Shown here: positions 26,966-36,865 of the stretch, one piece after another
Numbering within the stretch: position 1 is the stretch's first letter
How the letters are laid out: each line of letters begins with the position of its first letter
Translations under genes and position numbers: made by a program
The notes under the pieces: model-generated
What the model was told of the DNA's origin: nothing
The model's input: only the letters and a program-made list of their open reading frames with translations
The model's database searches: none
Sequence record: OQ599310
Direction: 5' to 3' (one strand)
From: Escherichia phage 55
Length of the DNA: 64,000 nt

Positions 26966-27008
26966 GCTTTACGTTTAATGTAGTACGATTATGGAGGAGA
27001 AATCCTCC
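26966..27008 (+). promoter_or_regulatory. gene 44 leader: middle-promoter-like element plus GNRA-tetraloop hairpin
   Basis: GCTTTA 26966..26971, TACGAT -10; GGAGGA-GAAA-TCCTCC hairpin 26993..27008 just upstream of the gene 44 RBS. Confidence 0.45.
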
Positions 27009-27034
27009 AGTTTAATGATAATGAGGAAAATTAC

Positions 27035-27997
27035 ATGATTACTATCAATTCCAAAGAGCACATTCTAGAACAGAAATATCGTCCTTCTTCCATTGACGAA
27101 TGTATTCTGCCTGCGTATGACCATGAAACATTCAAGTCTTTAGTATCTAAAGGAAAACTTCCTCATATTATTTTACACTCTCCATCTCCTGGTACCGGTA
27201 AAACAACCGTGGCAAAAGCATTATGTAATGATATCAATGCCGAAATGATGTTCGTCAACGGTTCTGATTGTAAGATTGATTTTGTGCGTGGTCCGTTAAC
27301 TGCATTCGCTCGTTCAGTCTCAATGGAAGGCAAGCCTAAAGTTATTGTTATTGATGAATTTGACCGTAGTGGCCTCGCCGAATCACAACGTCACCTTCGT
27401 ACATTCATGGAAGAATTCTCTAGTAACTGCTCTATTATTATCACTGCTAACAATATTGATGGAATTATTGAACCATTACGTAGCCGTTGTCGAGTTATCG
27501 AATTCGGACGTCCGACTGAAGAAGATAAAATCTCGATGATGAAGAAAATGATTCATCGTATGGTTGAAATCTGTAAGAACGAAAATATCGAAATCGCTGA
27601 TATGAAAGTTGTTGCAGCTCTGGTTAAAAAGAACTTCCCAGACTTTCGTCGCACAATTGGCCAATTAGACCAGTACTCGTCTAAAGGTGTTCTTGATGCA
27701 GGTATTCTGTCTATCGTAACTAATGACCGTGGCACAGTCTCTGATGTTATCGAAGCAATGAAGAACAAAGATATCAAACAGCTTCGTGCATTAGCTCCAA
27801 AATATGCTGCAGATTATTCATGGTTCATCGATAAATTAGTTTCAGAATGTTATGATCAAGTTGCACCCGGTAAAAGTATTATTTCGCTTTACGAAATTGC
27901 AGGCGAAAATAATAAGTTTCATGGACTAGCAAGTAATATTGAATTACATGTTATGTATATGCTTCTTCAACTGACCTGCGAACTGACTTGGAAATAA
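27035..27997 (+). CDS. 44: clamp loader large subunit gp44
   Basis: Walker [10 protein letters not shown]; DEFD Walker B; SRC motif. Confidence 0.9.
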   Translation: MITINSKEHILEQKYRPSSIDECILPAYDHETFKSLVSKGKLPHIILHSPSPGTGKTTVAKALCNDINAEMMFVNGSDCKIDFVRGPLTAFARSVSMEGKPKVIVIDEFDRSGLAESQRHLRTFMEEFSSNCSIIITANNIDGIIEPLRSRCRVIEFGRPTEEDKISMMKKMIHRMVEICKNENIEIADMKVVAALVKKNFPDFRRTIGQLDQYSSKGVLDAGILSIVTNDRGTVSDVIEAMKNKDIKQLRALAPKYAADYSWFIDKLVSECYDQVAPGKSIISLYEIAGENNKFHGLASNIELHVMYMLLQLTCELTWK

Positions 27998-27998
27998 T

Positions 27999-28562
27999 AT
28001 GAACTTATTCGATGATGACGTCCAGCTTAACGAGCACCAAATTGCATGGAAGTCTAATGACGCTGATGCGATTCAAAAATGTGCTGATATGTTTAAAGAA
28101 AAACCTGAGAATGAATTCTTTAAAATCATTAATGCTATTAATGAAAAGAAATCTATGTCAATTGCTCAGGTCGACTACTCAAAATTTATGGTTGAGAACT
28201 CATTATCACAGTTTCCAGAATGTATGCCAGCCGTTTACATGATGAACTTAGTCGGTTCTGAATTAAGTGATGAAGCGCACTTCAACTATATGATGGCGGC
28301 AATTCCACGTGGTCGTCGATTCTCTAAATGGGCTAAACTAGTCGAAGACACTTCAGAGTTACTAGTTATCAAACTGTTGATGAAACATTACACAATCAAC
28401 ATGAATGATGCTACCGAGTATAAGCGGCTCCTTGAAAAAAATAACAAGTTGCCAATAGTCCTTAAAGAACTGAAGGCCATGGTCACTGATGAATTTCTCA
28501 AAGAAGTTACTAAAAACGCAAAAGAACAAAAACAATTTAAAAAATTAGCATTGGAATGGTAA
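27999..28562 (+). CDS. 62: clamp loader small subunit gp62
   Basis: 187 aa immediately downstream of gene 44; position and size. Confidence 0.8.
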   Translation: MNLFDDDVQLNEHQIAWKSNDADAIQKCADMFKEKPENEFFKIINAINEKKSMSIAQVDYSKFMVENSLSQFPECMPAVYMMNLVGSELSDEAHFNYMMAAIPRGRRFSKWAKLVEDTSELLVIKLLMKHYTINMNDATEYKRLLEKNNKLPIVLKELKAMVTDEFLKEVTKNAKEQKQFKKLALEW

Positions 28563-28564
28563 AA

Positions 28565-28933
28565 ATGATTGAAATTAAATTGAAGAACCCTGAAGATTTT
28601 CTGAAAGTCAAAGAGACTCTAACCCGTATGGGCATCGCTAATAACAAGGATAAAGTTCTTTATCAGTCCTGTCATATCCTCCAAAAGCAAGGTAAGTACT
28701 ATATTGTCCACTTTAAAGAAATGTTGCGTATGGATGGACGTCAGGTTGATATTGATGGTGAAGACTATCAGCGACGTGATTCGATTGCTCAGCTGCTTGA
28801 AGACTGGGGATTGATTGTTATTGAAGACTCTGCTCGTGAAGATCTGTTTGGCCTGACTAATAACTTCCGTGTTATCTCTTTTAAACAGAAAGATGACTGG
28901 ACTTTGAAAGCAAAATACACAATTGGTAATTAA
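28565..28933 (+). CDS. regA: translational repressor RegA
   Basis: MIEIKLKNPEDFLKVKETLTRMGIANNKDKVLYQSCHILQK...; matches T4 RegA as recalled. Confidence 0.9.
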   Translation: MIEIKLKNPEDFLKVKETLTRMGIANNKDKVLYQSCHILQKQGKYYIVHFKEMLRMDGRQVDIDGEDYQRRDSIAQLLEDWGLIVIEDSAREDLFGLTNNFRVISFKQKDDWTLKAKYTIGN

Positions 28934-28938
28934 AGCAA

Positions 28939-28957
28939 TGGGACTTCGGTCCCATTT
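28939..28957 (+). terminator. stem-loop with UUCG tetraloop after regA
   Basis: TGGGAC-TTCG-GTCCCA + TTT. Confidence 0.5.
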
Positions 28958-29014
28958 GGAGTATAATAAGTTCATCAACAAACAAAAGACAATAACTCGT
29001 CTAAAGGAAATTAA

Positions 29015-31726
29015 ATGAAAGAATTTTACTTAACGGTTGAACAGATTGGTGATTCAATTTTTGAACGTTACATCGATTCTAATGGCCGTGAACGTACTCG
29101 TGAAGTAGAATATAAACCATCATTGTTTGCTCATTGTCCAGAAAGTCAGGCTACTAAATATTTCGATATCTACGGTAAGCCGTGTACTCGTAAGTTGTTC
29201 GCTAATATGCGTGATGCCTCCCAATGGATTAAACGCATGGAAGATATCGGACTTGAAGCACTTGGCATGGACGATTTCAAATTGGCGTATTTGTCTGACA
29301 CTTATAACTATGAAATCAAATACGACCATACAAAAATTCGTGTGGCTAACTTCGACATCGAAGTAACATCTCCGGATGGGTTCCCTGAGCCGTCACAAGC
29401 AAAACATCCGATTGATGCTATCACCCATTATGACTCAATCGACGACAGGTTCTACGTATTTGACCTTTTGAATTCTCCATATGGTAATGTAGAAGAATGG
29501 TCTATCGAAATTGCGGCTAAGCTTCAAGAACAAGGTGGTGATGAAGTTCCGTCCGAAATTATCGATAAAATCATTTATATGCCGTTTGATAATGAAAAAG
29601 AATTATTGATGGAATATCTCAACTTCTGGCAACAGAAAACTCCTGTCATTTTGACTGGATGGAACGTTGAGTCATTTGATATTCCATATGTGTATAACCG
29701 AATCAAGAATATTTTTGGTGAATCTACTGCGAAACGTTTATCACCACATCGTAAAACTCGTGTTAAAGTTATCGAAAACATGTATGGTTCTCGTGAAATC
29801 ATTACATTGTTCGGTATCTCTGTTCTTGATTATATCGACCTTTACAAAAAATTCTCTTTCACAAACCAACCGTCGTATTCTCTGGATTACATTTCAGAAT
29901 TTGAATTGAATGTCGGTAAACTGAAATATGACGGTCCTATTTCTAAACTTCGTGAAAGTAATCACCAACGATATATTTCTTATAACATTACCGACGTGTA
30001 TCGTGTATTGCAAATTGATGCTAAACGCCAGTTCATAAACTTGAGTTTGGACATGGGTTATTATGCTAAGATACAGATTCAATCTGTGTTTAGCCCAATT
30101 AAAACATGGGATGCTATTATTTTTAATAGCCTTAAAGAGCAGAACAAGGTGATTCCACAAGGTCGTTCTCACCCGGTTCAACCTTATCCTGGCGCTTTTG
30201 TTAAGGAACCTATTCCAAATCGATACAAATATGTAATGAGTTTCGACCTTACATCTCTGTATCCAAGTATTATTCGCCAAGTGAATATTAGCCCAGAAAC
30301 AATAGCAGGAACGTTTAAAGTAGCTCCATTGCATGATTATATTAACGCAATCGCTGAACGTCCTTCAGATGTGTACAGTTGCTCTCCTAACGGCATGATG
30401 TATTATAAAGACCGTGATGGTGTAGTTCCAACTGAAATCACTAAGGTCTTTAATCAACGTAAAGAACATAAAGGTTACATGCTTGCAGCTCAACGTAATG
30501 GTGAAATAATTAAAGAAGCCTTACATAATCCTAATCTTTCTGTTGACGAACCATTAGATGTTGATTATCGTTTCGACTTCACTGACGAGATTAAAGAAAA
30601 GATTAAAAAGTTGTCTGCTAAATCTCTTAATGAAATGTTGTTTAGAGCTCAACGTACTGAAGTTGCAGGTATGACTGCACAAATTAACCGTAAATTGCTT
30701 ATCAACTCACTTTATGGTGCACTTGGCAACGTTTGGTTCCGTTATTATGATTTGCGTAATGCTACTGCAATCACAACATTTGGGCAAATGGCTTTACAGT
30801 GGATTGAACGTAAAGTTAATGAATACCTGAACGAAGTTTGTGGTACAGAAGGTGAAGCTTTCGTTCTTTACGGTGATACAGACTCTATTTACGTATCTGC
30901 TGATAAAATTATCGATAAGGTTGGTGAATCTAAATTCCGTGATACCAACCATTGGGTAGACTTCTTAGATAAGTTTGCACGTGAACGTATGGAACCGGCT
31001 ATTGATAGAGGTTTCCGTGAAATGTGTGAATACATGAACAATAAACAACACTTAATGTTCATGGACCGAGAAGCTATCGCTGGTCCTCCGCTCGGTTCTA
31101 AAGGTATTGGTGGATTCTGGACCGGTAAGAAACGTTATGCATTAAACGTGTGGGATATGGAAGGAACCAGATACGCTGAGCCTAAACTCAAAATCATGGG
31201 TCTCGAAACACAGAAATCTTCGACCCCTAAAGCAGTACAGAAAGCTCTTAAAGAATGTATTCGTCGTATGCTTCAAGAAGGTGAAGAATCATTACAAGAA
31301 TATTTTAAAGAGTTTGAAAAAGAATTCCGTCAATTGAATTATATTAGCATCGCGTCGGTATCTTCTGCGAATAACATTGCTAAATATGACGTTGGTGGAT
31401 TCCCTGGTCCTAAATGTCCGTTCCATATTCGTGGAATTCTGACATATAACAGAGCTATCAAAGGTAATATTGATGCTCCACAAGTTGTAGAAGGTGAAAA
31501 AGTATATGTTCTGCCTTTACGTGAAGGAAACCCATTCGGTGATAAATGTATCGCATGGCCTTCTGGTACTGAAATCACAGATTTAATTAAAGACGACGTA
31601 CTTCATTGGATGGACTACACTGTTCTCCTTGAGAAGACATTTATTAAACCACTTGAAGGATTCACATCAGCAGCGAAACTCGATTACGAGAAGAAAGCAT
31701 CTCTGTTCGATATGTTCGATTTTTGA
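29015..31726 (+). CDS. 43: DNA polymerase gp43 (family B, RB69-type, 903 aa)
   Basis: MKEFYLTVEQIGDSIF...; exonuclease FDIE/YNITD, polymerase DxxSLYPS and YGDTDS motifs; length and N-terminus match RB69 gp43 as recalled. Confidence 0.97.
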   Translation: MKEFYLTVEQIGDSIFERYIDSNGRERTREVEYKPSLFAHCPESQATKYFDIYGKPCTRKLFANMRDASQWIKRMEDIGLEALGMDDFKLAYLSDTYNYEIKYDHTKIRVANFDIEVTSPDGFPEPSQAKHPIDAITHYDSIDDRFYVFDLLNSPYGNVEEWSIEIAAKLQEQGGDEVPSEIIDKIIYMPFDNEKELLMEYLNFWQQKTPVILTGWNVESFDIPYVYNRIKNIFGESTAKRLSPHRKTRVKVIENMYGSREIITLFGISVLDYIDLYKKFSFTNQPSYSLDYISEFELNVGKLKYDGPISKLRESNHQRYISYNITDVYRVLQIDAKRQFINLSLDMGYYAKIQIQSVFSPIKTWDAIIFNSLKEQNKVIPQGRSHPVQPYPGAFVKEPIPNRYKYVMSFDLTSLYPSIIRQVNISPETIAGTFKVAPLHDYINAIAERPSDVYSCSPNGMMYYKDRDGVVPTEITKVFNQRKEHKGYMLAAQRNGEIIKEALHNPNLSVDEPLDVDYRFDFTDEIKEKIKKLSAKSLNEMLFRAQRTEVAGMTAQINRKLLINSLYGALGNVWFRYYDLRNATAITTFGQMALQWIERKVNEYLNEVCGTEGEAFVLYGDTDSIYVSADKIIDKVGESKFRDTNHWVDFLDKFARERMEPAIDRGFREMCEYMNNKQHLMFMDREAIAGPPLGSKGIGGFWTGKKRYALNVWDMEGTRYAEPKLKIMGLETQKSSTPKAVQKALKECIRRMLQEGEESLQEYFKEFEKEFRQLNYISIASVSSANNIAKYDVGGFPGPKCPFHIRGILTYNRAIKGNIDAPQVVEGEKVYVLPLREGNPFGDKCIAWPSGTEITDLIKDDVLHWMDYTVLLEKTFIKPLEGFTSAAKLDYEKKASLFDMFDF

Positions 31727-31766
31727 TATAATGCCATGGACGGTAAACTAATTAAATGAGAGAAAT

Positions 31767-32402
31767 ATGAAAACTACTCCTATTACTATCGCTATTGACG
31801 CAATTATAAAACAAGCTTCTTCTTTGGCCGCTATGGCCAAAGTAATTAGTCAAAACCCTGCTCGTTATAATGCTATTCTAGAAACTCTTCGACGCCCAGG
31901 ACTTAGCAATTATGAAAGCCGAGTAATTATTACAGGTGTTGGTAAGAATGCTAATATTGCAACTAAAGCTTCTGAGACATTTGCTTCACTCGGTATCCCA
32001 AGTATGTACTTGAACACCGGGCATTATTCTCACGGTGATGCAGGATTCATTGCGCCTAATGATGTGTTGATTCATATTAGTCGTTCTGGTAAAACTGAAG
32101 AAATGATAGGCGTGGCTAAGCATCTTAAAATGATTCGACCGAACGTCAAACAGATTCTGTTGCATTGTAACCCAGACATTCCACAAGAAAATGAAGCCCT
32201 TTTTGATTACTCTTTCTGTACAGGCATCGCGGTAGAGGTTGATGAGAATTCTCTGGCTCCGACCATGTCCACTACATTGTTGTTAGCGCTTATCGATACG
32301 TTTGCTATCAACCTTTCGTCTGAACGTGGATTTACCTCTAATGACTTCCTTAAGTTCCATCCAGGCGGTGCACTAGGTGCCATGTTACGAGGCGAGCAAT
32401 GA
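31767..32402 (+). CDS. single-domain SIS sugar-phosphate isomerase, D-arabinose-5-phosphate isomerase-like (KdsD/GutQ family)
   Basis: ITGVGKNANIATKASETFASLGIPS...HGDAGFI...ISRSGKTEE...LAPTMSTT...FHPGGALG tracks the KdsD SIS domain motifs. Confidence 0.7.
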   Translation: MKTTPITIAIDAIIKQASSLAAMAKVISQNPARYNAILETLRRPGLSNYESRVIITGVGKNANIATKASETFASLGIPSMYLNTGHYSHGDAGFIAPNDVLIHISRSGKTEEMIGVAKHLKMIRPNVKQILLHCNPDIPQENEALFDYSFCTGIAVEVDENSLAPTMSTTLLLALIDTFAINLSSERGFTSNDFLKFHPGGALGAMLRGEQ

Positions 32403-32542
32403 AAGCAATAACAATAGGACTTTTACTATTGATGCTTGCCATGACTATCTACTGGAGCTTAACGGCTCCAGTAATGATTCCAACACTTGTAATTGGATGG
32501 ATTATGATTGGTCTACAGGCAAAGTATGAATGCTTTAACTAG
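32399..32542 (+). CDS. small membrane ORF (47 aa), not in track
   Basis: ATGA overlap with upstream stop; two hydrophobic segments. Confidence 0.3.
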   Translation: MKAITIGLLLLMLAMTIYWSLTAPVMIPTLVIGWIMIGLQAKYECFN

Positions 32543-32583
32543 AATAGTGTACAATACACCTACTTACCAATGAGGACTTCAAC

Positions 32584-34269
32584 ATGAAAAAAGCTGTTAT
32601 TCTTGGTGCTGGATTAGCAACTCGTTTATATCCAATTACTCACCATATTCCTAAGGTGCTTGTTAACTATAAACAAGACACTATTCTGAGCAATTTGTAT
32701 ACAATTTATTCTGACCTTGGCGCAGATGAAATTATTGTAGTAGTTCATTCAAAATTTGCTGAAACTGTTCGAGCTTATTGTGAGCAAGAAGGGTTCAATG
32801 TGACTATTCGTACAGTTGATGAAGCGTATGGATCTGCTTATGCTCTTGCTAAATTACACAAAGATTTAGACGGCCATAATGTAATTGTTAACTGGTGTGA
32901 TATTATTCCTGATTTTGGTTCATGGTCTTGGAATGTCAACGCAATCTATGTTAAGGGTGATGAATGTCGATATAATTTCGACGGTGAAAATATCACTAAC
33001 GTAGGTTCAACAGGCGGTAATGTTGTAGGAATTTATCAGTTCAAAGACTGGGAATTCTATATGGGTTCTACCGATGAGGAAATTCATGAATACTGCAAAG
33101 GACGTGATTTCGTAGAATTCCTTTACAGCGGCGCATTCAATAAATCAGAGCTTATGAATATAATTGATTTAGGTGATATGCCTAAACTTGAAAAAGCTCA
33201 TGAAGTTCGTGAACTTAATCGTAGTTTTAATGCAGTTGAAATTGGTGAAGAAACTGTAACTAAATTCGCATTAACCGAACAGGGACGAGCTCTTCAGAAA
33301 GATGAGATTTCATGGTATTTGAAAGTGAAATCAGATTCAGTTCCTCAGTTAGTTTCTGTTAATGAAAACAATTTTGAAATGGAACGTATTAAAGGTAAGC
33401 CGGCATTTGAATATATTAAATCCAAATCAAGTCTTGCTCGTCCACAAATTGTTGATGCAATTTTAGATGCACTGAAATTCAGCACAGACACGTATTTTGT
33501 AAGTCCTGAAACTGTTCGTCGTGATTTCACTAAAGAATTCTATACGAAAGTTATTGATCGTTGTGAAAGCATTCAACCATTGATTGATTCATTTGGTAAA
33601 ATCACACATGTGAACTACACTAAGATTGGACGTCTGAAGCCAATGTTGAAACAAGCTTTAGAACATCTTATTCGTTATCATAACCGTTCTCAGGGACAGT
33701 ACTCTGTTATTCATGGTGACCCGAACTTCAGTAATACTATGATTACTGATAACGGCGAAGTCAAGTTTATCGACCCTCGTGGATATTTTGGCGAAACCAA
33801 GATTTACGGGCCAAAATTGTATGACGAAGCTAAAGTGCTTTATGCTGTTTCAGGTTATGATGAATTCAATGCTAATCCGACCTGGGGACAGTTTACTATT
33901 GATGAAACAACTTGTAATGTGACTATTAACATCAATCCATTAATTTACAAATATGGAAAGATGAGTTCGTTTAACGAGTATCATCATTTGGCGGTGGCAA
34001 TTATCTGGATTGCATTAGGTGGTTATTTCAAGAATAATCCACTTAAAGCGGTAGCCGCATATTATAAAGGTATGGAACTTCTGACTAAGCAATTACGTAA
34101 CATGGGCCGTGTACTTCAAGACGGCTCTATTAGTTATGACGTAGCAGAACCTGTAACGGCTACTCTGATTACAAAAAATCCTGGTAAATGGGTACTAACT
34201 GATAAAGAAACTGGTGTTTCCTATCGTCCAATCGGTGGCGATATCACTCACCAATGGGAACGAATCTAA
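32584..34269 (+). CDS. bifunctional sugar-1-phosphate nucleotidyltransferase / sugar kinase
   Basis: N-terminus AVILGAGLATRLYPIT (sugar nucleotidyltransferase G-x-G-x-R-L motif); C-terminus HGDPNFSN...IDPRG (APH/choline-kinase-like catalytic loop). Confidence 0.65.
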   Translation: MKKAVILGAGLATRLYPITHHIPKVLVNYKQDTILSNLYTIYSDLGADEIIVVVHSKFAETVRAYCEQEGFNVTIRTVDEAYGSAYALAKLHKDLDGHNVIVNWCDIIPDFGSWSWNVNAIYVKGDECRYNFDGENITNVGSTGGNVVGIYQFKDWEFYMGSTDEEIHEYCKGRDFVEFLYSGAFNKSELMNIIDLGDMPKLEKAHEVRELNRSFNAVEIGEETVTKFALTEQGRALQKDEISWYLKVKSDSVPQLVSVNENNFEMERIKGKPAFEYIKSKSSLARPQIVDAILDALKFSTDTYFVSPETVRRDFTKEFYTKVIDRCESIQPLIDSFGKITHVNYTKIGRLKPMLKQALEHLIRYHNRSQGQYSVIHGDPNFSNTMITDNGEVKFIDPRGYFGETKIYGPKLYDEAKVLYAVSGYDEFNANPTWGQFTIDETTCNVTININPLIYKYGKMSSFNEYHHLAVAIIWIALGGYFKNNPLKAVAAYYKGMELLTKQLRNMGRVLQDGSISYDVAEPVTATLITKNPGKWVLTDKETGVSYRPIGGDITHQWERI

Positions 34270-34655
34270 TGCACCGTGTAGAAAACATGCTTAATCTTTG
34301 TTTTGATGTCGATGATTGTATAACAGAGTGGAATAACAATCGTGATTACGTGAACTTCAAACCAGACGTCGAAATGGTGTCTGCCATTAATGCCTTGTAT
34401 GATGCAGGGCATACCATAACGCTTTACACTGCTCGCGGTATGAAGTCAGTAGGTCCCGGTCGTATAGCAATTGACATTCTCCCGAGTCTGATTCAGAACT
34501 TGGAAAACATTGGCTTGAAGTACCATAATTTGCTAACACATAAACCAGTATATGATTGGATTATCGACGACAAAGCTATGCGTCCTGACGAATTCAAAGC
34601 TCTTATGAATAAAGGCGAATTCGAAACATTTAAATCATATAAACCGAATCTATAA
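34269..34655 (+). CDS. HAD-superfamily phosphatase
   Basis: motif I FDVDDCIT, motif II TLYTAR, motif III K (LTHKP), motif IV WIIDD; TAATG-coupled start. Confidence 0.6.
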   Translation: MHRVENMLNLCFDVDDCITEWNNNRDYVNFKPDVEMVSAINALYDAGHTITLYTARGMKSVGPGRIAIDILPSLIQNLENIGLKYHNLLTHKPVYDWIIDDKAMRPDEFKALMNKGEFETFKSYKPNL

Positions 34656-34709
34656 TAATTTAAGTAAGACCTGCAAAAACCATCGCATCAATTAACGCGA
34701 GATGCAAAA

Positions 34710-35870
34710 ATGAACACTTTTAAAATCGGAACGAATTTTGATTTAGCTCTTCTTGATAAAATCGTAGAGCTCAATAAAACCTATCCTAATAGCTTGATAA
34801 ACGAAGTATATGGCTCTACAAGAGAAATGGCTTTTGTAGCAGCCAGACCTGATTTTAGGCTTCCTGACGTTGACAAAAAGATGTTAGAAGACTACGTTAA
34901 ACGTTGTAACGAATTAGGTATTTGCTTTAACTATACACTCAACACGATAAATCCTGGTTCAAAAAGAGAACTAGTTGAGTGGAAGAAGAAAGCTATTCAG
35001 GATTATGTTCAGTATCTTTGGTCAATAGGCGTATGGCGTATTACTATCGCTAACCCTGTTGTTATGGAAATTGTTCGTGAAGTCAATAAAGATATTGAGA
35101 TTGAAGTTTCAACAATTCTACATGTCGATGCTGTAACTCAAATCAAATACTTGCACGACCAATATAACATCAAAAAAGTCTGTTGCGGAATTCATAAGAA
35201 CCGTTCAGTTTCTTTCCTGAAGCGTGCAGCAGAGTTTTGCAATAAGAACAATATAATATTTGAAGTTCTTGTAAATGAGTTCTGTTCTAATGCTGGTAAA
35301 GGGTATACAACACATTGTAGTTATCGTGACTCTTGCTATATTTTCCATAGTACTGATGTTACCGCTGATGATGCTAAATCCTTAAATGGATATCCAATGC
35401 AGCACTGTATTAAAGCTCGTGATACAGATCCATTTAACTGGTTGAGAACTCGTTTTGTTCGTCCTCAAGATTTGAAACTTTATAATGATATTGGTATCAC
35501 TCAATTCAAAGTTTCAGGACGTACAGGTAGCACAGACTACATTTTGAAAGTTCTTGAAGCATACGCTTCTGAAAAGTTTGAAGGTAATTTGTTAGAACTG
35601 TGGAAGCCTTTAGAGACTATTTTCACTCTTGAAAACGAAACTGAGTTTTCACATACAGTAAATATTGAAACCTCTTTGTTAGATGGCTTTTTAGAAAAAA
35701 GGTGGTTCAGACATCCAGATTTTGATTGTGCTAATGAAATCTGTGGGTCAACGTGTACATATTGTGAAAGGTATTATAAACGTCAATTATCTAAAAACGG
35801 GTTAGCAGAAAACTCCATATCTATTATTGATATAACTAGCTCTGATGACGCTTTGAGATACCCGGAATGA
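34710..35870 (+). CDS. hypothetical enzyme with C-terminal Cys cluster (possible metal/Fe-S site)
   Basis: 386 aa; C-x4-C-x3-C-x2-C (CANEICGSTCTYC) near C-terminus plus internal Cys cluster; no confident family assignment. Confidence 0.55.
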   Translation: MNTFKIGTNFDLALLDKIVELNKTYPNSLINEVYGSTREMAFVAARPDFRLPDVDKKMLEDYVKRCNELGICFNYTLNTINPGSKRELVEWKKKAIQDYVQYLWSIGVWRITIANPVVMEIVREVNKDIEIEVSTILHVDAVTQIKYLHDQYNIKKVCCGIHKNRSVSFLKRAAEFCNKNNIIFEVLVNEFCSNAGKGYTTHCSYRDSCYIFHSTDVTADDAKSLNGYPMQHCIKARDTDPFNWLRTRFVRPQDLKLYNDIGITQFKVSGRTGSTDYILKVLEAYASEKFEGNLLELWKPLETIFTLENETEFSHTVNIETSLLDGFLEKRWFRHPDFDCANEICGSTCTYCERYYKRQLSKNGLAENSISIIDITSSDDALRYPE

Positions 35871-36106
35871 TTTCTAGAAAAAGTTTTAATTATAAACTTA
35901 ACGAAGAGATTTTGACTATGAAACTGAACACTAACGAACAAATTCTTAAAAAGGCCCTTATGGGCCTGTTTGAAACCAAAGCGGCTAAAGTGATTAAAGA
36001 ACCTGTTCAATTGGAATACTACACTGATGCATTCCTTCATAGTGTTCTTGGAAGTATAGATTCTGAAGCTTTACGTTATATCAACATTGCCAAGAAATTC
36101 AAATAA
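35867..36106 (+). CDS. hypothetical small protein
   Basis: ATGA-coupled ORF; alternative internal ATG at 35918. Confidence 0.45.
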   Translation: MISRKSFNYKLNEEILTMKLNTNEQILKKALMGLFETKAAKVIKEPVQLEYYTDAFLHSVLGSIDSEALRYINIAKKFK

Positions 36107-36130
36107 GCTTTATGAATTGAGTATATAATA
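36104..36130 (+). promoter_or_regulatory. middle-promoter-like element upstream of gene 42
   Basis: aaGCTTTA 36105..36112 then TATAAT-like at 36124..36129. Confidence 0.4.
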
Positions 36131-36148
36131 AATTGTATTGAGGTAAAC

Positions 36149-36865
36149 ATGGGAAAACATAACACAATGAAATATATCAAAGCCGCAGATTTTCAAACCG
36201 CATTTAAAGCAGTCAATCGTGAAATTTTAGAAAACCCGGAATTCGTAACCGATTCTCGTATTGGACGTTGTAATGAAATTGGGTCTATGACAGTAGTTGT
36301 TGACAATCCATCATCATTCAAAATGACCGACCCACGTATTAACCGCATCTCTTATGAATATGCCGAAGACTTCTGGAAGTTTATGATTTCTGGTGGTACT
36401 GATGCAGAAGAAGCGTTTAAGGCATATCCTAATGTCGCTAAATTTATTTCTAAACCTAAATCAGACGCTTTGCCTGCAAACTTCAACACTTTCTACGGTC
36501 CTCGCATTGCGGCCCAATTACCAGCTCTTCTAAAAGAACTTAAAGAGAAACCTAACTCTCGAAGAGTTGTGTTCCAAATTCTAGAAAGTTCTGATCAGGC
36601 TTTGCTTGATTCGGACGAAACACTTGAATATCCATGTACTGACTCAGTAACTTATTATATTCGTGATGGTAAGCTTTATACCCACTGCCATATGCGTTCT
36701 CAGAACTGTGCTGTTGTTATGCAGTTGGATTTTTATCTCCAAGGAAAATTACTTCATTATATCGCTAACGAATGCGGTGTAGAAGTTGGTGATTATACTC
36801 ATACCATGGTAAGTGCCCATGTGTTTGAACGTGATTTTGATTATGTTAAAGGATTCCTTGACTAA
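36149..36865 (+). CDS. 42: dCMP hydroxymethylase (thymidylate-synthase fold)
   Basis: KPNSRRVVFQI and PCTDSVTYYIRDGKLYTHCHMRSQNCAVV align with T4 gp42 NPDSRRGIMIY / MCTNTVQYLIRD...NMRSNDVV as recalled; N-terminus divergent. Confidence 0.75.
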   Translation: MGKHNTMKYIKAADFQTAFKAVNREILENPEFVTDSRIGRCNEIGSMTVVVDNPSSFKMTDPRINRISYEYAEDFWKFMISGGTDAEEAFKAYPNVAKFISKPKSDALPANFNTFYGPRIAAQLPALLKELKEKPNSRRVVFQILESSDQALLDSDETLEYPCTDSVTYYIRDGKLYTHCHMRSQNCAVVMQLDFYLQGKLLHYIANECGVEVGDYTHTMVSAHVFERDFDYVKGFLD

